From assembly GCA_964016885.1 (NCBI GenBank), contig OZ024741.1:16678001-16742000 (forward strand): DNA of 64,000 bases, in the 5' to 3' direction. Both the position numbers and the translations under genes were made by a program. The notes under the pieces were generated by a model that saw nothing but the letters and a program-made list of their open reading frames with translations, was not told where the DNA came from and made no database searches. The first letter of the stretch is position 1; each line of letters opens with the position of its first letter. Of this stretch, positions 54,857 through 64,000 are shown one piece after another. This stretch comes from Eledone cirrhosa. Its lineage: Eukaryota.

Positions 54857-57159
54857 AGGAAAAAGCCTGAAATACCAGGATACTCGATGGCCCCTCCTCA
54901 GGAGAAACCAAAAATAATCAACCTCTCAAAGACACCTCTAACCAACACACAAATCAACATTTTAAGTAAGAGCCTGAAATTTACACCTACACCATGTAAA
55001 CCAAACTTCCCCGAAATGAAGGATGACATCATAGAATTCTGCCGAAAGCTGCGACTAACGGAATTCTTCCACAACGACACCAACACTGAAGACGAATCAC
55101 TGGTTAGAAATAAAAGCAATTTCTGCCCACAAAAGGGAAGAAATAAAGCACTGGACACGTACTGCGAACACATCACCAACTTTCCCTATGAAAAAATTAC
55201 AAATAAACACACGAAATCAAACCTATCTACACACGAATGGGAAGAATTATTCACACTTAGAAACAACCCTGAGATAACTATCAAAGAAGCCGATAAAGGC
55301 AGTACTGTTGTCATTATGAATACGGACTACTATAGGACCCTCGCACTTAACATTTTAGAAAACAACACATACTATGAAAAAACAGAAAACTACAAACACA
55401 CCAAAACAATGGGGAACCTTTTGACCTTACTGAATAAATACCGCAACAGCTTAACCACAAAAGAGTTTAACTATATAAGCCACTTCAAATGCAATACAAG
55501 CTCCTTTTACGGCTTACCGAAACTCCACAAATGTAAACCCATAAACGATGCATGTGACACCTCAACCAACAATTACATTGAACTAACACCACCAGAAGAC
55601 CTAAAACTCAGGCCAATTATAGCAGGCCCTACATGTGAAACCCACAGACTTAGCAACTTTCTGGATATCCTACTGAAACCCTTTCTACAACATATACAGA
55701 GCTACATACGAGATGACCTTGACATGCTGAAACACCTCCCTAAAACAGTAAGTGCAAATACAATTCTTGTCTCCTTTGACGTAAGAAACCGCTACACAAA
55801 CATACCCCACAACTATGGAATAACAGCAGTCCAATACTGGCTTAACACACACCCATCAGAAATACCGACACGCATCAACAAAGATTTTATCACTGACGGA
55901 CTCCGCTTTATCCTACAAAATAACTACTTCACATTCAATGGTTCAACATACAGACAAGTATCAGGTACGGCAATGGGCACGAAAGTAGCACCCACATATG
56001 CCAACCTAGTCATGGGATTCCATGAACAACAAATATACAGTCAGTCCCTTCTCTTATTTGGAGACTCTTTCCATACACACCTCAAAGCCAATTGGAAAAG
56101 ATATCTAGACGACTGCTTTATCCTATGGCAAGAAGACATGAACTCACTATGTTTAAAAACATGATAAACAACATAGATAATAACATATAATTCACAATGG
56201 AATCCAATCCCAAGGAATTAGCCTTCTTGGATATTCTCATCTCTGTAATAGACGGGAAATTAGATACAGATATATTCTATAAACCCACAGATTCCAAGCA
56301 ATACCTCTTTTTCACATCAAGTCACCCAAAACATACAAAACTTAACATTCCTTACAATTTGGCCAAACGTATATGTACCATAGTATCAGATCCACCTAAA
56401 CGGGAGCAAAGACTAAAGGAACTAAAAGACACCCTTATCTTAAGAGCCTTTCCACTTGAAATAATCAACAATGGAATAGACAGGGGAAAACACCTAAATC
56501 CCCATCAACTTAACAATCCAAAACAGAAAACCACACTCAACACCCTGCCATATGTATCCACTTTCAACCCCAGAAATACCGAAATGTTTGATCACCTACA
56601 CAAAAACCTCCCCATCCTACTTAAAGATGTAAAAATGAAGTCTATTCTTGAAACACACAAGATCCTTAAAAGTAAAAGACAACCCAAATCACTAAAACGC
56701 ATTCTCACTGGACCAAATATACCCAAACCAATCCTCAACCCTACAGTTACCAAATGTGGTAGAACACTCTGTGGAACGTGCCTCTACCTCACTGAAGGAC
56801 AAACATTTACATTTAAAGATGGCCAAACATTTACAGTAAAAAACAATTTCACCTGCAACTCGGAGAACTTGATTTACGTAATAACTTGCGGTGGGTGCAA
56901 ACACAACTACATAGGACAGACGGGCACCGCATTACGCAAAAGAATGACCATCCACCGCCAACAAATCCGGGACGCTAACACAAGAAAAATGCCCTTGAGC
57001 AGCCATATTGCGAATTGCGCAGGAATAAGACTACCCAACTTTAAAATCTTCCCCTTCTACAAGTTCTCAGATTCGTTCACACAGCAACAAAGAATAAACA
57101 AAGAAAATCTATTTCTTAACAAATTTAAACCAAAACTAAACGGGTTATCACCCCAATAG
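54857..57159 (+). pseudogene. Neptune 2 RT, Zn finger and GIY-YIG; frameshift and stop at ~56150-56190
   Basis: PKIINLS, ADKGSTVV, FYGLPKLHK, GTAMGTK, RYLDD, KCGRTLCGTC, LIYVITC..YIGQTG. Confidence 0.9.
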
Positions 57160-57479
57160 AATTGTCATAAAATATAAACACACATATGCACGGAGTGACA
57201 GATATGTGTGTGTATGTGTGCATGTATATAATTATCACTACTATTAAAAACCAGAGACCAATTCTGTAGAATCAGGTTTATTCGTTGACAGACCATGCCT
57301 TTGTGTGACCAACACATCCATGTTAAACCCTGCACGTGCACACACATATATCTATATATATATGCGCACACAGAATTCACCACTGTCGGTTGCAGGGCCC
57401 AATCTACATGAAGAACTCAATGTGATCAGAATGACTTGTATTTTAATTTCACTGTTCTAACTTCTTATATTGTGGAAAA

Positions 57480-57960
57480 AATGTGTATGTATGTATATAT
57501 ATATATTTGGAGGCCATTTCTCTATGTGTGTTGGTGTATGTATGTATGTGTATGTGTGTGTGTGTGCATGTGTGTGCATGTGGATGTATGTGTATGTATG
57601 TGTGTGTGTGTGTATCTGGATGTATGTGTATGTATATATATGTGTGTGTGTGTATATATATATGTGTGTGTATGTGTATATGTGTGTGTGTGTGTTTGTA
57701 TGTGTGTATGTATATGTGTGTGTGTATGTATGTGTGTGTGTATATATATATATGTGTATGTACACATATATATATATATGTGTGTGTATGTACATATATA
57801 TATATATATGTGTATGTATGTATGTGTGTGTGTATGTATGTGTGTATCTGGATGTATGTGTATGTATATATATATGTGTGTGTATGTGTATATATGTATG
57901 TGTGTGTCTGTGTATGTATATGTATGTGTGTGTATGTATATGTATGTGTGTGTGTATGTA

Positions 57961-58019
<59 letters not shown>

Positions 58020-58045
58020 ATGTATGTGGGTATGTGTATATATAG
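57480..58045. repeat. Compound (TG)n/(TA)n microsatellite inside the Neptune 2 3' UTR
   Basis: Lies between the ORF stop and the 3' pseudo-LTR. Confidence 0.93.
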
Positions 58046-58353
58046 GTGTAAGTGCACTAACTCCCTTTCTATCACTCTCCCCTCTCCTACCGACCACATG
58101 GAGATATATGTATGTATATTGCTTCCACCCCCTCACTGACCAGCAGCTGGCCATCTGGCCATTGCTAAATCTGACCTTTAAAAAAAACCACTGCCCACAA
58201 ATAATTCCTCATTCACTACCAGAAAGGGACACACAGCAGTCAACTTGCTGCTACCAAGATGAAAACTACTATGAAATCCCACACTGAATTTTATACTTGA
58301 ATTTTCAAATCTCAAATTTTAACTCTTATTAATAATTTTTCTTAATATTAATC

Positions 58354-58401
58354 AACATTTGAAAAGATGGCTTTTGCAGACCCATCGAAACCGGTCATTT
58401 T
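58354..58401 (+). ncRNA. Hammerhead, U3-A8 variant (3' pseudo-LTR)
   Basis: aacat-TTGAAAA-gatgg..ccatc-GAAA-ccgg-TC-atttt. Palindromic stem III; weak stem I. Confidence 0.68.
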
Positions 58402-58501
58402 TTATACCCTTTATTCTTTCCTTACCTTATAAAATTATGTTTTTTCACAAAAAAGTATTCTGTCTCTTATATATTCCATGTGCCATTACCAACCTCAATT
58501 T

Positions 58502-58552
<51 letters not shown>

Positions 58553-59325
58553 ATGTGTGTGTGTGTGTATGCATGTATGTGTGAACGGATGTATATATAC
58601 GGACATATGTATATGTGTGTGTATGTGTGTGTGTGTGTGTGTATATGTTTATTTAGTTATGTATCTTTATGTGTGTATATATATGTATATGTATGTATAT
58701 ATAAATATATATACCCATGTGGAGGTATGAGTACATATTCGTGTGTGTACGTATGTGTATATGTGTTTTTATATATGTCTTTATATGTTTTTATGTATGT
58801 ATGTGGATGTATATGTACATGGGTGTGTGATTGATGGTGTGTGCCTATATATTCCTACATATGCCCGTGTGTGTATGTACGTATATACGCACATATGTGT
58901 GTGTTGAACAAAGGACTAATTTTGGGATGGACGTAGAAAAATTCTTCATAAAAAAATAATTGTTTACAAGCTTGGCAGGTGCGGTTTGCCTATGACCATT
59001 TTCGATACAAAGGAATACTAAAAGCTTTTTCCCCGCGCTTGCATACATTTCTCCCCACCCAACCCTACTCACTGTCTCAACGCATCACTGCTATTAACAT
59101 TTTTTCAACACACCTACACCCCTACACTTATTAAGGGGGGAGAAAAAAAACCCCACCACAAACATGTTAAATCCTATATATAGAACAACACACCACATAC
59201 ACATCAGTTTGACAAGCGCACCTCAGCGTGAAAGGTCTTTCTAAAAACGAAACAATACCTCCTACGTTAACCAAGAACTCCTAAGACCAAACCAACAACC
59301 AACGACTTAATTTCTAAAAATTTTT

Positions 59326-62545
<3,220 letters not shown>

Positions 62546-62734
62546 AATTGTTTCTACTTTAGGCACAAGGCCAGCAATCACCCAGTGCATTACTGGTACT
62601 TTATTTTATAGACCCAGTAAGGATGAAAGGCAAAGTCAACCTCGGCGGGATTTGAACTCAGATCGTAAAGGGACGTAACTATGCTGGAAAGCATGGCGTC
62701 CGACCCTCTACCGAGACTGCCAATCCACCGCCCT
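62546..62734 (-). mobile_element. tRNA-derived SINE with Meta-domain-like core
   Basis: Minus strand A-box-like TGGCAGTCTCGG, B box GAGTTCAAATCC, then gaggttgactttgcctttcatcctt..gggtc.ataaaataaagtaccag. TA flanks. Confidence 0.72.
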
Positions 62735-62735
62735 T

Positions 62736-62766
<31 letters not shown>

Positions 62767-63090
62767 ATATATATATATATTATATATATATATATTATAT
62801 ATATATATATATTATATATATATAATATATATATAATATATATTATATATATATATATTATTTTTACATTCATTTAATTTATTAATTTATTGATATTTTA
62901 TTTGAGTGACCCGAATCTTCCTGGTCGTTCTTTTTCAGCTGCACGGGTGATTTTAGGCATGATCTCTATGAGTTGGTATTTTAACGATAGTTATAGCTCT
63001 GATTTTTCCAAATTATTGAGCCCTCTGCCACATATATCGGATATTGTTTATCGTGATTTCGTTGGCTGATATTCCGATTCTCGATTATTC

Positions 63091-63145
<55 letters not shown>

Positions 63146-63146
<1 letters not shown>

Positions 63147-63340
63147 ACGAAGGAAATGTGGTAAGGAACCAGGTGGACCATAACGCACCAAAGTACTCAA
63201 TACTTAGGGTAGTAGAGTGGGTAATAGGAACCAGTAAGACCCCGACGGCTGAGCTCAAACCGTTTCGACGGCTAATTCTGGACAGTACAGAATTAGCCGT
63301 CGAAACGGTTTGAGCTCAGCTGTCGGGGTCTTACTGGTTC

Positions 63341-63341
<1 letters not shown>
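63146..63341. mobile_element. Inverted-repeat PLE pseudo-LTR remnant with the 3' half of a hammerhead
   Basis: Arms of ~53 bp (63228-63280 and 63288-63340) around a 7-nt loop; GAAA-cggtttgagctcagctg-TC. The left extension shares gtactcaatac with the 41293 remnant. Confidence 0.65.
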
Positions 63342-63381
<40 letters not shown>

Positions 63382-63420
63382 ATATATATAGACAGTTGTT
63401 TATAAAGGAAAAAAATAAAA

Positions 63421-63708
63421 TAAGACTCGCTGGTACGCCCACACAAATCTAACGAAACTACACTCGCCGCCCACATCTGGCACCTTAAAAGGAACTCCAT
63501 CGCCTTCAAGACCCAATGGAGACTACTCCAGAGAGCGCGATCCTACACGGGAGGCCATAATTGCTGTGACCTCTGTATCTCCGAGAGCTATGAGATTCTA
63601 TTCGCCAAAGGCCCTCTCCTCAACAAGATCTCGGAACACTCCCCTAATTCCATTCACAAGAACTATGCAAATTACAAAAACTACAGACCCACCCGGCCCC
63701 CCGATTGA
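63421..63708 (+). pseudogene. Naiad-like GIY-YIG C-terminal fragment, sister of family 1; 3' UTR runs to the window end
   Basis: KTRWYAHT..TTLAAHIWHLKRNS..RARSYTGGHNCCDLCISESYEILFAKGPLLNK, closely similar to 617-946. Confidence 0.85.
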
Positions 63709-64000
63709 CCCCCCCCCATATCACCACCCCACCCCGCCCCCATCCCAATTCCGTCCCTCCATCTCTCATTATTACCCTCTTTCCTCCCCTCTATCTCTCA
63801 TTATTACCTTCTTTCCTCCCCTCCAGGTCTTATATATTGTGTTGTATGCCTCTGAGTAAGGTTCCGTGGCCGCACACACAAATTCACGTATATACCTGCT
63901 CATGTTTGCATACGTGCAGTTATGAACTGCTGCACGCACACGTTCGTGATTCTTTGATTTTTTTATCTATTTATCTGTATATTTATTTATTTATTTATTT

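Larger units (their letters stand above)
53255..58507 (+). mobile_element. Neptune-like PLE 2, apparently full length: inverted 5' pseudo-LTR, decayed upstream ORF, RT-GIY-YIG, 3' pseudo-LTR
   Basis: 53255-53422 is the reverse complement of 53460-53630, and 53422-53590 is repeated directly at 58341-58507. Confidence 0.9.

Overview
Eukaryotic, gene-free window made almost entirely of nested transposable elements separated by (TA)n and (TA/TG)n microsatellite arrays. An animal genome is likely; the SINE types and microsatellite load suggest a cephalopod or other mollusc, which is inference only. It contains seven RTE-clade LINE copies from three families (APE + RT with an inserted PHD-type finger and (GAT)n tails), one with an uninterrupted 995-aa ORF. 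It also contains at least eight coding Penelope-like element (PLE) segments: Naiad-like (including a tandem pair with an 8,540-bp offset), two Neptune-like and one Nematis-like. Several non-coding pseudo-LTR remnants carry minimal type I hammerhead ribozymes. There is one full-length CsRn1-type Gypsy element (two LTRs, tRNA-Trp PBS, GGGAAAC slippery site), one complete but decayed Helitron with STPR-like repeats, and two tRNA-derived SINEs. Main observations: (1) most resolvable junctions of five TE classes fall in TA repeats, including an RTE inserted in a short TA run inside a GIY-YIG coding motif. (2) PLE 3' UTRs carry their own microsatellites, which are repeatedly invaded. (3) About 17 of 21 orientable elements lie on the + strand although (TA)n is symmetric. 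(4) Two divergent Neptune-like PLEs share an in-phase U-UUU-UUA -1 frameshift signal. (5) About nine hammerheads are present, several with the U3-A8 core variant. All alignments and folds were done by eye, and clade names come from recalled motifs.
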